Shown here in pieces: positions 36,007 through 51,549 of a stretch of DNA of 64,000 bases (position 1 is the stretch's first letter; each line of letters starts with the position of its first letter). The notes under the pieces were generated by a model that saw nothing but the letters and a program-made list of their open reading frames with translations, had not been told where the DNA came from and searched no databases. Origin of the DNA: Nageia nagi (Eukaryota; Plantae; Pinophyta); the NCBI GenBank assembly GCA_050084985.1, contig JBITNC010000001.1, positions 169,632,001 through 169,696,000 of the forward strand. Reading direction: 5' to 3'. Position numbers and translations under genes: made by a program.

Positions 36007-39000
36007 ATCATAAACTTTATATCCAACCAAATTACTGATTTATTTCAACAAATTCATGACATATAAAAAAATTAAGCATGCATAACATATCATATCAAAA
36101 CAACATAAGCATAAAGGAGTAAGAGATAGAAATTTTCCTACCAAATGCTTGAAGGCATGCCCCCAAGTTTTGAATTATGAGCTCAACTACAAAATTCCCT
36201 AATGCTAACACTACTCGTAGCATTGAAAGTAAGTATTATAAGCCAAATAGCATTGAATTTCTCAATCATGTAAACATATAGATCATGTAATCATACAGAG
36301 CATACATATCATAAAGGGAATATAGTCATAAAGATCATATAAAATATGTCATATGAACATCAATATCCATACCATAATGCATAATCAAGTCATAATGAGT
36401 TAAGTGTTACAACCTTTTGAGCTCTTAAGGGCATGCCCCTAAGATAGGTGAGAACTTAACATATGCTCCCAACACTAGTGTTAGGGATCCTATATACTAA
36501 ACAAATTGATTACTAAATATTTGATCATTTCTAATTCTAAATTCTTGATAAATTCTAATTTCTAGCCTTATGCCCCCAACCTTGATGCTAAGGTGCTGAC
36601 TTATTTTGCCAATGAAACCTTTACCAATTAAACCTTTGATTTAGATTAACCTTTTTGAACTGAATCTCTAATAAATGAGATAGAATATGAGATAAACATT
36701 CTAAAGTAAAACTAATTTTCAACCAATTCATGACCAAATTTTAAATTGAAACCCAAATTGAACTCAAAAATTGTCTTAACTTGGTTGCCCCCAAGTCAAA
36801 AATTGATACCTTCAATCCATAAAAACTTACTATAGCAAGCATAGGGAAAATCATATCATAAATAATAACCCAAAATTGTTATTTTTTAAGATAAATTAAA
36901 AATAAAATACATTTAATTCCAAACATAGCTAAGCACATATGACATTTTGAACTTAACAAATTTATCATAACAATTTTTACAATATCCATATATATGGAGA
37001 CTTATCAACCATTGCAAATTCATTATATCAGGAAAGAAATGATAAATAATTATGTGTAACACTACTCAAAAACTTTCATCATCTAAAACCCCTAAATTTA
37101 AGATCATTTTTTTTATGTCTATCATTTATCGGTTTATCATTTTCTCAAGGTTTACTATTTAAAAACATATATTCCACATGGTTTACATATTGATACATTA
37201 TCAAATTTATAAAGTCTTCATCTATTCTTTGTAAGCACAAGGGTACGGTCACCAAGTACTCCTACCTTCACTTGTGAGTGGATACTCCTGATGATTGAGC
37301 CCTTGTTTTATTACTATATCCTAGAGCTTGGGAAAGTTTACTTATTATACCATAAAGGTTTAATATCACTAAATTGAGTGCAACTCAATGTTCGAGAAAA
37401 CTTACATTTTAGTTTCTTTAAAAATTCCAAACATCCAAATTATTTCCCATAGTACCCCCAAACTAACCATTTATTCCCTAACATTTCCCATATGGTCATA
37501 AATCTAAATTTGGGTCCATAAGACTAATATGGGATCCTTTCCAATATTTTGGGATGATAATGGATTTATTTAGGGTTCTTATTTCTTATAGATCCTTTAA
37601 AATGTTGTACAAACATTTGAGAAATATTTATTTGATCCCTATTTATTTTATACCACATCATTGAGAGAAATCATGGTCTAGATGTTCAAAGAAATATTAT
37701 TTATATTGAATTATTGCATAAACATTTTTAACGCAATTCTCGATACTATAGACAATCAAACCTTTCTTTTTATAATCATTTGAAAACTTTTAGCACACAA
37801 GAAATTAGGACTAACATATTCTCAAATCCTAAGCATTGAGAATTACCCCTTTTTTTATAATTTGAAAAATAAATAATTATAATATTACCCATTCATAATC
37901 CTATATATATACCTAATTATTATCCATTATCCATTTTCTAATGAAATCATTCTTGATATTTTGAGATATCAACTCATTCAACATTCTACCACATATATAC
38001 ATGATGTGCAAGGTCAAATCACACCACTATATTTCCAGATCCTATATAATCATAATCTGTTAGAATATGTTAACTTCTCATCTCATTATCTTCTATGATA
38101 CTTTATTACAATTCCATGATACATCATAAACACAATACTTGTAATTCATCATCGATATAAATCTTCATTCAATAAGCTTCAAGGTAAAGAAGAGTCTTCA
38201 TAAGTTCTTGTACTATCTCCCTTTTGCAAAATTTCCAAGGTTCGTAGAATGAGTGATCTAGGCACTAAGAATGGATACTCATGAGGATCAAGATAGCTCA
38301 TCACCTTTGGATCCAAATGCATATATTTATACATCCATTTGAGGTTTACTTACATTTTATACAAATTATGGTCTCAGGAGATTTTATGTCTTTGATGAAG
38401 CTACCTCCTTTCCTCGACCATATATTGATCCTTATCAAATAATCAAGAACTTTTATCTTAAATTTACACCATCTCTATGCTATCTTCAAATTATAATAAA
38501 CACTATTCTTCTTTCTCATATAGTTACCAAATAAAATTTAACTATTTCTTATAAACATATTATACAAAGTAAAGATTTGTATCTTCTTTATATATATATA
38601 TATAATCATTTAAATCATACATTATGAATCCTGATTACCTATCTAGCAAAATGGACATGCTAAAGGTAATTATGAATTATTTAACAAAATAATTAATCAT
38701 AGGGTAAAAAAAAAAACCAAAATAAAATGCTTCATTGGATGTGGTTTAATATAATGTAATGATTGAAAAGGATTCATTGATTTATTCTAAACGCTTGTAA
38801 GTAGTATTGTAGAGGTTGGAATCTGTTTGACAAAATGAGTCGAACACAGATTATATTGTGAAGTATTTTGAATGATTACTTATCTTAAACCAAAGAAATA
38901 ACTATTTTTCAAAAGGCGTGGAGTGAAAGAAGACCAGATTTAGTGCAACTCAAATTACTTATGAGTACTTCGAGGGCTCAAAGCATTGATAATGAGAATG

Positions 39001-40771
39001 AAAATGTGGTTTCTATAGAACTCATTACAAAACAAAATGATACATTTGAGATGCCCATGGTAATTGAATAGAATGTCTTTTTGCTATGAAGTCCCAAGGT
39101 GATACTGTGAGATCAAGACCTTCAAAATAGTGAATAAGAATGGTTTCTCATCGATGTTGTAGCTGTGAGTGCCCAGAGTAGTCCCCTTATTTTTTTTTAA
39201 CTAAATAGTATAGTAAAGTACATAACTGGTAGTGTCTTTTCATATCACCCAAGGTAATAATTGACTCTCTTTTCCTTTATTTTTAGACATAGAGTACAAG
39301 TATTCACATGTAATATACCAACCAAAAAGGGTACTTCAAGAACTTCAATATTATTAATGTCATAAATTTTTAAATGCACCCATCTTCTTTCTACAAACTA
39401 TAAGAAATGAAACAAATTTTTTCACAAGGTAACATTGTACAAAACTATACATATAGAAATATTAAATCATTTTAAAGAAGTCTTTTATAAAGTACTTTAA
39501 GAGTAAGATAACAACTTGTCTAAGCATTTGTACAAAACTTCTTATATAAGAGTACCAAATAATCACAATAAATTCTTTTCCCATAATAATTTACTAGTAA
39601 CACTATCATAAAGAATTAAAAGAGCCTCTCTCTCTTCAAACTACATTGAATGCAAAATATACAACATAACGAAGCATTTTTGAAACCAAATAACTAAAAA
39701 GCAAAAGAGAGTGTACTTGGGCTTAAGAGAAGTGGATTCTTTTCACCATATGACTCTAAACTAGAGTTCTTGAAAGAATGGGAGAGAATGCTTATTCCTC
39801 TAAAATTCTTCAATATTTATAAGCCAAATGGGGCTAATCCTTCCAAGAAAAGAACTATTGTTCCATCTCATCACATTTATATGTGAGGTGGAGATATTTA
39901 TCTTTTTGTAAAGGTTTTGATGCATCTACACAATTTTATTTCAAATCATTAGCACCTTTCTTCAAAGAATAAATTGGGTGTGGTTGAGAATTCAATAATT
40001 TTTGGAGGTGCCAAAGTAATCTAATTATTAAGAAAAGACAAATGTTCTTTCTTACCCTTTAAGTTTAGTTTTATTGATTATCACTAATATCCTTGGTTAA
40101 AATTTGAATTTTAATCAATGAAATGTTCCTTGTAGGTAGTTAGTAAACTCTTTTTTTTTTAAATGCATATCAATTTTTTAACACATATCTATTACCTGCA
40201 ATAATCCCTTAAACATGCAAGATAAATTTATTAGTACACATTCACATCTACACATAAAGGTATTATCAAAAACATAGTTTTAAATGTGCATCTATATGAT
40301 TTATGAGGGGTCCTTATGAATCTATCAGTAATTCAATACCAATCATTTCCTTACTCTTATGATTCCATTCCCTTAACCACTCATCCTAGTTCCTTGGGAT
40401 CTTCATCATGGTTTTTTTGTTAGATCAACATGTGACCTATATCACACAAAATCTCAAATCTAGTATCATATTGACACAAGTAATTTATCATCACATAGCA
40501 ATAATTTAAACATAGTTTTATTCACATCCTTGATGGTTCTCAAGGTTGACTAGTGCCATTGGGTGGGTCATTACATTATGAATCATGCTAACTAACTCAA
40601 AAATATACATGCATACCTGATTTATTTTTTCTAAACTTAAGGTATCAAAATAAAAACTTGTATTCATGACATTCTTGTAATTTCTTGATAATTTAAGTAA
40701 CTTTGCATATGTCCTTGAAATAAATTCAAATTGCATGCAAGTTTAATAAATAATAATCAAAACATACTCAT

Positions 40772-41010
40772 CCCTAAGGGGACAATGTGGTGGCCAAGTT
40801 CTTTGGCTTGCCTCTAGGAGGACTCAATATTGAATCTCTTGGTTAGTTAAATAAAACTATAATGGGGCTCCATCTTAGCTATGGTTTGGCTACAATTGTA
40901 CTATATATCCATAGTTGCAAGGCAGATGGAAATAACTCAAAACATTTACCCTACTGGTGGTCATGAGGGGGGGGCTCCTAGAATAGTTTGCCTCATGATT
41001 ACATTTAAAA
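40772..41010 (+). mobile_element. tRNA-derived SINE with a 20-bp TSD
   Basis: Exact direct repeat AATAATCAAAACATACTCAT at 40752-40771 and 41011-41030. Degenerate A-box (GGACAATGTGG) and B-box (ATATTGAATCTC), and a short A tail. Confidence 0.8.
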
Positions 41011-42079
41011 AATAATCAAAACATACTCATATATTTTATAACATACTTACCTTCATATTTGGGATTTTAATTTTTTATTTTCATACATTTGACCTTCCTT
41101 GTTCATGGCTAGCCCATTTTTTTCAAAACCTATCATTCTTACAAAACTACCCAACTTGTAAGAAATATATCTTTTATTATACATATTGAATAACCTAATT
41201 ATTTTTGCATTAGAAAGAATAAATAACCTAATTTTCATATAAATATAAAACCTCATCATGTTTTGAGAAAAAAAAAATGATTATTTTAGGGGCTAAAATA
41301 GACCTATTTCATACTTTTTAGATTTGAAAACTTCAAATGACCATATATTTTAAATTGTAAGGAATTTGGAGATCTTTTTTTTTTTAATTTGCATAAATTT
41401 TCAAGATCTATCCAAATAATAAATTATATTTGATTGTTCTATCTAATTACCCTAGAATTAGCATTGGGCTACCATTGAAATGTTTTTAGTGACCCCTAGG
41501 ATAACCTAAGTAGTTACTATTCTAAAATATTTAACATGTGATAATATATTATCTTTGTTATTAACTTAGATATATATGAAATAACAATAATGAATAACAA
41601 AATAATTAATAATCTTAATATAAATTAATGTAATAATAAGTAGATAATTTAGACTATTAGATCAAGATGGCAAAAGCACACATTATTGAGATTGAGATAA
41701 AGTGAAAGATAAATACATGTAAATCTTACTTGGGTAATCTAGATAGTTGCATTGATCTAGGAAATTGAATATCTTTATATGCTCACTTTAGATCTGATTT
41801 GATACTCTTCTTATCAATGTCATACCCTTAGGGATTATACATGCCTCTTCTATCATATTACATGCACACTTTTCATATATTAATCATTGTATAATTGAAT
41901 AAGTGTTACCTTCTTAATGGACTTATAATTGTTGTGTTTCTTTAATGATTCCACAATTTAGGGTCTACATTTTGGTGAACCTAATATTTCTTACGGTCTA
42001 CATTTTGGTGAACCTAATATTTCTTACACACCTAGAAATTCCTTCTAATTCCTTCTAAGGCATACCTCTTTAGGAGTCA

Positions 42080-44100
42080 TGAATTCTTTTGGCATTTTTA
42101 TTCCTTACTTTACCTGAAGTTGTTAGAATAGTACCTTATCAAAATGATAATAATACAGTTTGTTCAAATTTTTTTCCAAAAGTATTTTTAAGTGAAGAAA
42201 AAACTATAGTTTCAAAAGTTAGGGTTCATTTTGATGAAATTACAAGAAGTATGAGGTTAAACCCTAAGTTACCCCTATAATTTCATGAACCTTATCCAAT
42301 TGATAGAATAGCAACTGATGAAGAGAATTATTCTAAATATGTTAATTCTAGTTGTCAAATGAACATTATTGGTCAAACATCTAATAAGTTTAACATTGAA
42401 TTTGGAGATGATGATTTTGAAAGTGTAAATTTAGAAAATTCTATTATACATCTAAAAAATGAATCTGAGAATGATGATCTTGATAATATACCTTATAATG
42501 TTAGATCTATGAAGGAATTAATGGATTACAATATATTGGAATATTTTATCACAAAAACTATTGAAGCTATAATGGATATTCTAACCAATCATGAATTATT
42601 AGAGTCGAATCTTGAAACTCCACTTTTGTTAGATTCTTTATTTCAGTATGAGAATGCAAGATCTTAAAAATGAAAGATGTCTATCACTAAAAAACAAAGC
42701 ATTAATGTTGTACAAAAGAAAAGCATGAAATAAAAATTAATATTCTTATATATGCAAAAGAATCTAATGCTTTCCAAAAAGCCACTAAGGATCAATAACT
42801 AGATTTCCTATTTGATTTGATAGATAATATAGAGAAACAAAGAGTCCATAGAATTGGTCCTTTTCTAAATTATAAAGAAGAAAATTTGAAAAAAGTACAA
42901 GAAGCTCAATCCATAGTTAATATTCCTCCTCAAACAAGTAATGTTCCTCCACAAACCCCTTAAATCAGTCAACCTATAGTTCCACCTCCCTTTCCATAGC
43001 CTGTAGTTTCATAGCAACCTATAGCCCAACCCTCAGTTGTGTAATCCACTCAAATTACTGCAAATAATTTTAATTCAAAACTTAAAGAAAGAATAGAAAA
43101 AATAGAAAAGGAGTTTTATATAGGAGAAGAAGATTTTCTATCTTGCTTAAAATGTCCATTGAGTGATAGAATTACTTGTAAAGTGCTGAATTGTAAAAAG
43201 AGTATTAAATTTACTAAATTTTATGGTTCTTAAGATCCAAAAAAGCATGTTAGAAAATTTCAAGAGGAAGCTATTGAATTTCTTCATGATCATGATATGC
43301 TTGCAAAATTATTTTCAAGTAGTTTAAAACATAATGTATTTTACTCTTTCTAAAAAAATTATTGATAAATATAAGGATGTTGTCCTCTAATTTTTGGATA
43401 ATTTCAAGTATAATATTCAAGAAAATATCAATTTAGAGACTTATGCAAAATTAAACAAGCTAGTGACCAATCCCTAACTAACATTATGAAAATATGGAAG
43501 AAAGTTGCAAATAGAGTTATTGCCACTAAACAAGATTTAAAAGATACTTTTATAGTAGCATTAATCGTAATGTTTATGTTAGAGGTAATTGATAATGATA
43601 ATATGTCACAAGGAAAATTATAGAGAACTTCAAAAGGTTGTTAATACAAAGGTAAATAATTATACAAGTCCAAAACAAGTAGCAACAATGGTAAGTGCTG
43701 ATAAAAAACCAACTCCTTCAAAATGAAAGTTTACAAAGTTGAATGAAAGTGTTGATAACATTCTTAATGTTTTGGTAGAAAAAGATCTTATTGAGTTTTA
43801 ACCAAATTTTTAGCATGATTTCCCAAATGGTGTTCCTAAAAAATTATAGGTTTGAAGAGTTTTGTAATTATCATACAACACTAGGACACCTAACCATAAA
43901 CTGTAGTACTTTAAGAAATATCATACATGATATAATTGATCAAAAGGCTATCTAGATTGATGATACACCAAAACAAGAAGAAGATGTTAGCCCTATTCAT
44001 CCTAACAACAATCAACTTGGAATTTTCATGAACCCTTTTCCAAAGATAACTCAACAACCTAAAGGATACATCAAAATGGTAAGTACCCCAAACTAATTTC
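42080..44100 (+). pseudogene. Tat/Ogre-type gag (decayed)
   Basis: IKFTKFYGS*DPKKHVRKFQEEAIEFLHDHDMLAKLFSSSL and FCNYHTTLGHLTINCSTLRNIIHDII. Confidence 0.8.
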
Positions 44101-44899
44101 AATATTATTTTTCTAATAGTTGTAGGGAAACATGATACAAAAAGTCACTCTTTGGGAATTAAAAAAATTTACCAAGAAGTAATAACACCTGATCTCAAAG
44201 AATGCAAGGTGTTCACATTGTAAAATACTATCGACATGGCACTTACACCATGCATTCGAAATTCAAAATATTCCTAATATTTGTTCTTGCATTGATAAAT
44301 TGTTAATGGATCCCCAAAACCACCCAGGCACATCATATCATCAGTTAAACTAGATTTTCTTAATTTTACCTTATATAGTAGGTCATTTTTATTTTGTAAT
44401 TTTAAATGCATTTCTAGGCTTAGTTTTATTTACCTACATATTTAAGTAGATTGTTAGGTTAGTTTTCTCAAATTCCCCCATACATTCCTTGAAAAAAATT
44501 GTAAAATTTTAGAGCATTAATGCCTTACCTACTATTGGTAAAGCATCCACACCATTCATTTTCTAGTAAAGAAAAAAATCATTTATTTCCATATAGCCTA
44601 AGTAATTATTTTAAACAAATATTAGCATTCCCAAAGTATGTTTACAACAAAAAACTATGCAATATAGCTTAGTATTGCAATTTTTGTAATTTTATGTCAA
44701 TTTTTATTAGAATAGTTGGATTTATTGCATTTATTACTATTAACAGTTATATTTAATGTTTCCTTAGGCATACACTTGTTCTTTTTCAAACATAAAAATA
44801 TGAAATATAAAAAGAACATACATATAAGAAAACCAAATGAAGCCAATAAAATATGAACATATATATATATAATTTTATGTACAAACATAACTCCCACTC

Positions 44900-47632
44900 T
44901 ATACTCTCCTACACTTCCTAACTCTACTATCTCCAGAAATAGACATGGAAGCAAATATCCCACTAGAGCTAATCCCATGGGAAGCAAACGAAGCTTTGAC
45001 TTTCCTATAGTTTTTCCTCAAGTGACATAGATCCTAGATGATATTTTGTCATGCATCTACCTACTTAGACATAAATTCCTAAGACTCACTCGATGTAGGA
45101 ATATCTAGCTTCTCTTGGAGCCTCTTGCTCATTTGCTCCAACTTATAAATGGGAGCATTGCACTCATCTAAGGTAGTTTGTATCTCAGCAAAATTGCTCC
45201 ACAATTGTATGACCTCAGTCATAATATGCCTCAACCTTAAAATGTAAATCTTTTAGGATCTTAATCTCTCAAATTTAGCCTTAAAATGCTAAAGGCTAGC
45301 TAGTTCAACCTCCAAACTAGAAACTCTAGCCATCATATCATTTGTCTAAAAACACAACTGATGTTAGTACATAATAAAATTAAATAAAATATAATAAAAA
45401 TTTGAACTAATAAAACTTGTAACTATATTTATACTTGTATAAGCTAATGGAATAGCCTTTGCCAATAACTTAATGCCAAAAATAAGGGTAGTAGAAGTAG
45501 AAGGCCTTGATGGTGGCATATTTGGAGGAGGCATGCCATTATCCTTATCCTCCTCATCGAATGACTCCTCTAATGAAACCTTTATGAAATCCTCATCATT
45601 TATCATAGAAATCCAAATAGGGGTAGGTATAATCCATACCTACCATGTTTCATAACCTCGAATGGTACCAAGAGTAAAAGAAATGGTTGCTACAATGTTT
45701 ACCTCCTATGGCTCCTCCCAAGTGCTATGCTAAATTGGCATAATCAATGCATTCTTAGGGGCATCTTGATCATGCATCTATACTAAGAAATACCTAACAG
45801 GTGTTAGAATGTCCTATATAATACCAAACTATCATAGAACATGAGCAAGGTAATAGGACTCTACACCCTTCTATTAAGGCTTGGATGAAATAATGCTACC
45901 TCACCCAAGCAAGTCGGTGGGCATCCTCCTCCAAAGTATACTCCTAATAGGCCACCCAAATAATATTATCAAGTTGGATGCTATCCACATCCCTCCATTA
46001 TGCCTCAATATCATATGGATATTTGTAATACCCAAGATGAAACACCCAAAAATACATAGCAAGGTTTATCTCATCATTCCTCTATTGTGCCAATCCAATT
46101 GGTCTAAACAGTGCAATGTGCTCGTATTCTCATACTTGAAGGAGGGTGGTATGAGCTACTATCATATTGGATTTAACCATAATGAAAATATGATGCAAAT
46201 CCTTATAAAGTTGGACAAGTATGCATGGTGCCTATGCAAATACAGTTCCATGGGAGAAAATCTCCCTCATAATACAAACTAACCCAAGAGAAAATATTGA
46301 ATTATTCTTATTTGGACTCAAGAACATTGCTATGTGGATGTCACAAATAAACAAACATTATTCACACTAGGATCATACTACTAGGTAGTATGCAAATATG
46401 TTTCCCTCTTCTCTCAATCATGATCTTGGTTACTTGTAAGTCATGTAGATAGGTCATCTCACTCCTAGTTGTCATTAATAGTGGCATGGATTACTAATTT
46501 CCCATGAATGAGAATGTGCCAAGTTTGATATACATCGAGTAAGGTCATGATCATCTCCTTAAGTGGAAGATGAAAGGTGTTGGAATCAGGATCCTAATGC
46601 TCTATCAAGGCAATTAAGAGGGGAAGGTGAATTTGAATGTTGCTCATAATAATAAGATCATACATGCTTGTAGTCTCAAGATAGTCATTATCATTGTTGG
46701 ATATGATCTATATAAGGCTTCCACTTTTAAGGGACCCTCAGAAAATTATATCTATAAATATTAAAATCAAAATACAATTATCAAAAATTTATTTACAATA
46801 GTATTTGCATATGAATTTATAAAATATTGGGGGTAGAAAACTTGAAGGTTTCAATAATTTTTTTCTCCATTGCAATAAAAAATGAAAAGTTATGAATTCA
46901 TAAATGCTTGGTTGAGGGCATGTAACATATTGCAAAACCCCTTTTCAACACTTATTAATGAGAAACACACAAATATGGATTACAAACATAGGTTTGGGGA
47001 AAAAACTCAATAAAAAATTGAAGAGTAAAAACATGAAAAAATTTACTACCCTATCATAAAAATGAAAATACATAACATATCGAGATAGTAAATAAGTTTG
47101 AAAGAAAAAATGCTGGAGTTAATGGAAGATATTTCAATTTCAAAGGGAAATAACAAAAAAATCCAAACCCTCTCCCTCCACCCATTGAAAACATAGGCAT
47201 TGGCAAGAAAATGATAAAACGTTCATAAGGGCATGCAAAATTCAATAAAAAAATTAAAAATCTACCTGTAGCAAATTTTAAACACAAATGTTAACACTAA
47301 CAAGGGAAAAATAGATAAAGAAAAAATAAAATAAAATCAAAAGAAATATTAAAAAGCCCCTATTTCAAAAATTTGAAAGCAAAAATAAAAATTTCATACA
47401 GTAAAACTCTAAAATTTTCATGAGGAGATGAAAAACATACCAAAAATAATAAAAATGAAAGTGTAACGGTGCCTACCATGTGGTTTGCAAGGAGAGTCCT
47501 TAGATAATCAACAAGATGACTCTTCTTTCTTTCCAATGGCCTCTCAATCATTCTCCAATCAACATCTACCATATCAACAAGCTAAAAGGGAGAATCCAAC
47601 GAGTTGGACAAATGAACTAGACCTCACTTCAT
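44900..47632 (-). pseudogene. Antisense plant mobile domain (PMD, MAIN/MAIL-like) gene with three putative exons
   Basis: LLIALIEH*DPDSNTFHLPLKEMIMTLLDVYQTWHILIHG matches the PMD motif ERW..ETHTFHLP.GEMTITLEDV. Putative introns are 47476-46752 and 45434-45346. Confidence 0.85.
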
Positions 47633-49523
47633 GGTGAAATTATGGTTAAAATTGCCAATAGAGTAGAGAACACATCTAGCCAACAACATAGTGAAGTAGT
47701 CACCAGAGCTCCAAGTTAGAAAGGTGAGAAAATGAAAATGATAGGTGAATTTGTCTTTTTCCCCTATTTATTTTTTTAAAAAACCTTAGTTATACACCCT
47801 TTCTTTAAAATTTCAAAAATGATGCATGCAAGAATGATTTTTTATTATTTTTTTGAGTTACAAGATAAGTTACCTATCTTCTCTCTCTTTTAAAAAAATA
47901 AATTCAATGAATTTCAAAGTGTTGATGCCCTACAAAGCACTTACACCCTACTTTTAGTATTAATTTTACCATATTAATGCATGATGCTTCCTCTTTTGAA
48001 AATCTATGGCATGCACATATTATTTCATGAATATGAATTCCATTGATTCTTACTAGCAATATTATTGAATACATATATGGAAAATAGTATAAAGAATATG
48101 GCATTCATGTTGTGCTACTACTATCTTCATGGAATCCAGATTGTAATGTTCAATCATTTTATTATAAAATTCTTATCACTCATTGATATTAGGTCGTTAT
48201 TACTCTAAATATTTGGCATTTACATTGATATGAGATTTGAATTTCTCTTGCCTATTTCACAAAAGTAATGCATGTTCTACTAATAATATCTAAAATTACA
48301 AGCCATAGAAACCCCATAAGAATAATATTTTAAATTTTGAAAGTTATATTCTCATATGATTCTAGAATAAATTTCAAGCTTGGGGCACATCCTAACCTCA
48401 TTAGCTTGATGATCATCTTCAAAAAAAGGCTATAAGTCATAATGGAAATAGTCTAACAAAATATATTATATTAATTTTATCCTTCTCTTATTTTAATCAT
48501 TCTTTTTATGGATGTGATTTATTCAAGTACGTATTATCTCTTTAATTTCAACATATTATCCTAAAGAGTAGGACCAAAGATATCATCTATCCTTTGCACA
48601 TAGGATATCATTTTGGCTTAATCACCCTACCAAAGAAGCAACAAGGGGAAATCAAAGATCAAAAGGTGGCAAATGAGATATCATATTCAACATAGCTTTC
48701 ACTTAAGGAAAGTACACTTTACTATTGAAAAATTTTCACTTCTCTAGGCTTCTTCGGATTATGCAATTTCAAAATGCTTTTTCATTTCATATCCAAAGAG
48801 GGGCAAAATTTAGACACCTAAAAATGATTTATTGATTATTTAATAAATCATATTTTAGACTTATTTAAATAATAAAAGTAATAATTACAAATGTGAAGAT
48901 GAAGGTGTTATTACAATGCAATACCATTTGCTAGGACCAATGTAATATCATTAACCATAGTTCATATTTTAAAGTATTTTGAATATTACAAAGATTATAT
49001 TATTATTATAAATCAACTTTTACTCCTTTATATATCCTTATAGGTTATAAATGGAGGAGTTGGATGTTGACATCCCTATCGAATCTCTCTAATAGGTGGT
49101 TATCCCATATCATCATAATTTAGATGTTTCTAGACACCACCTATTAGAGAATATGTTATACTTTGAGCTTTTATTACTTGCTATATCTTGTCCACATCCT
49201 AATTTTGTAGGTCTCAAGGCATTGGTGTAGTAGCTCTAAACTATTCACACAGTATGAACATCATGCTTCTTTGCAATCCAAGGAATCAGATCTTAAAGTC
49301 ATCGAGCATTGATCCAAAAAATTGAATATTTTTGTATGCTCACCTTAGATCCGGTCCAATCTTCTTCTTATTAGTATCATACCCTTAAGGATTGTACACA
49401 CTTCTATCATATCAGGTGCACACTTTTCATATATTAATCATTTTATAATTGAATAAGTGTTACCTTATTAATGGACTTATAATTGTTGTATTTCTTCATT
49501 GATTCCATAATTTAGGATCTACA

Positions 49524-50830
49524 TATGAAGACATAAAAATATGATGGTTAATTTTCACCCCTAATCAACAAAGAGGAAAAGAACATAAAGTGCAATAATG
49601 CAATGAAAAATAAAATTGCATTATATGAAATGCATTCCTAACCTACATGAGATGCATTTAAAAGAACATTATCATGTAATATTAGGTAACTTATTCTTCA
49701 TTTATGAATGAGCATCACATATTGGATCACCAATCTCATTTGTTATTTCCTCTTTATATTTCTCATATATCTTATTGAGGAAGACTGGTAAATATTGTTC
49801 TTTATTTAATTTCATCAACAAACAAAATAATTCTTATGTTTATTGAGTCTTATGTACTTGTACTATCAAATATATTAATGCATCATCATATTCAACAAAC
49901 TCATTAGTAGCATTACTATCAACATAAATATCATAATTACTATGTTCAATATCTTCATTATCATTATACTCATCTAACAATTCTATTTCTTTTTCAAAAT
50001 AGACATCTTCATCATAATCCTTTTTTTCTTGAAAAATTTCACTATTCACATAAGTAATTTTTCCACTTGCTAAGAGCTTATACAATTTTTTCTTCATGCT
50101 AACACATCCATCAGTTAAATAACCTTTAAGTTGATGATATAAGCAAACATTATTCTCTTTATACCAATTAGGTTTCTTTTTATTTTTCATCAAATTCTTT
50201 TCCCTTTTTGGATTTTATTAATCCTTTTGCTAAATAATATTTAAATATGTTTGTAGGATTTATTGGTACTTTACAAAATGCTTCATCTTTTATTTCTTCC
50301 TCACTTATAGAAGTATTAGTATTAGAATAACAATTGCAACACTCTTCATTAGAATGTGAGCATGAATATTCAAATAGGTGTGAACAAAAATACCTTCATT
50401 AATAAGCCATCGTGTGATGTGTGTATCTTATTTTTTTAATAAATCAAATATATCAATATATTATTATCAATAAAAATGTTAATTGCATGAATGACTTTAA
50501 CATCATTATTCAAAGTATCATCATCAATAATAACATCTTGATTATCACTATCATTTGATTGAGTAGCAATATCATCAACAAAAGTATTAGCAAGTCATAT
50601 CATCATTAAAAATATATATAACATGATAATTACTTAGAGCAATATTTTCCTCATTAACAACATTTTCAATAATGATAGTATCATTATCACTCTCATTTTT
50701 CTTAGGAATACTACTTACCTCATGAAGCTTCTCATATTTGAAATTTGTTATAGGCAAATCATTATGACCAAATATAGGATATAATGTGACATATGAGATA
50801 CTATATAATGTTATTTAAGCAGCACACATT
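49524..50830 (-). mobile_element. Fragment of another Tat/Ogre-type gag
   Basis: ORF 49840-50193 KKKPNWYKENNVCLYHQLKGYLTDGCVSMKKKLYKLLASGKI matches the P.WY..N..C.YH...GH....C..LK..I..LI..G.I motif. Confidence 0.6.
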
Positions 50831-51549
50831 AGTAATATAGCACCTAAAGTATAAAATGATGTTATACAACATAATATTGTCAATGTAATATACATAATTT
50901 TTGCATAATTCAATAATATAGCATTGGTTGACCATTATTGTAAAATATAATTTCTAAAAATTACCAATATGTATCAATAATAAATATATATGAGTGAGGT
51001 AGATTTCTAATGGAAAAACTCACCAAATTGACCAAAATAACCTTTCAAATCTAGAATTTTTTGTAAAAATATTTTGTTTCTCAACCAAAAATCTCAAGAA
51101 AAAGCATGTAATACTCCTAATTTAACCTTCTAAAAATTGCCTACCATGAATATCTAGGGTTTAGGCAAAATCCTAGGGCATAAACATCCACCAAATCTTC
51201 AAAAATTAGGTTCAAAATCTAGGTTTTTGACTAAAAATGAAATAATTATTTTAAACATTCAAATGTATGTCAAACATACATCTACTAGAAAAAACTCATG
51301 CATGTGTGTATATTTGTGTTCAAACATTCACTAGGTCATTAGGTTTTTTGTGATTTACATTTATTATATCCATTTATCATTATTAACAGTAATCATTCAC
51401 TTTGTGTTTAGGCATCCATAAACTCATATATAAAATACAAAAGAATATAAAAACATGGATTCACATATAACAAATTTAATAGAGCCAATGAAACCATATA
51501 TATATAAACTCATGAAATAAGGTCTGTGATACAAATAATGTCATGAGTA

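Larger units (their letters stand above)
41745..49523 (+). mobile_element. Tat/Ogre-like non-autonomous gypsy element (gag plus antisense PMD gene, no pol seen)
   Basis: Truncated 5' LTR ends GGGTCTACA (41969). PBS TGGTGAACC resembles tRNA-Trp (TGGTGAACCCGACG). PPT AAAGAGGGGCAAAA precedes the 3' LTR at 48809-49523, which matches the 5' LTR remnant. Confidence 0.85.

Noticed and set aside
38150-38460. Possible RT remnant on the minus strand
   Set aside because: Only faint resemblance (YAFGS, KREIVQEL) and no catalytic motif that I can support.
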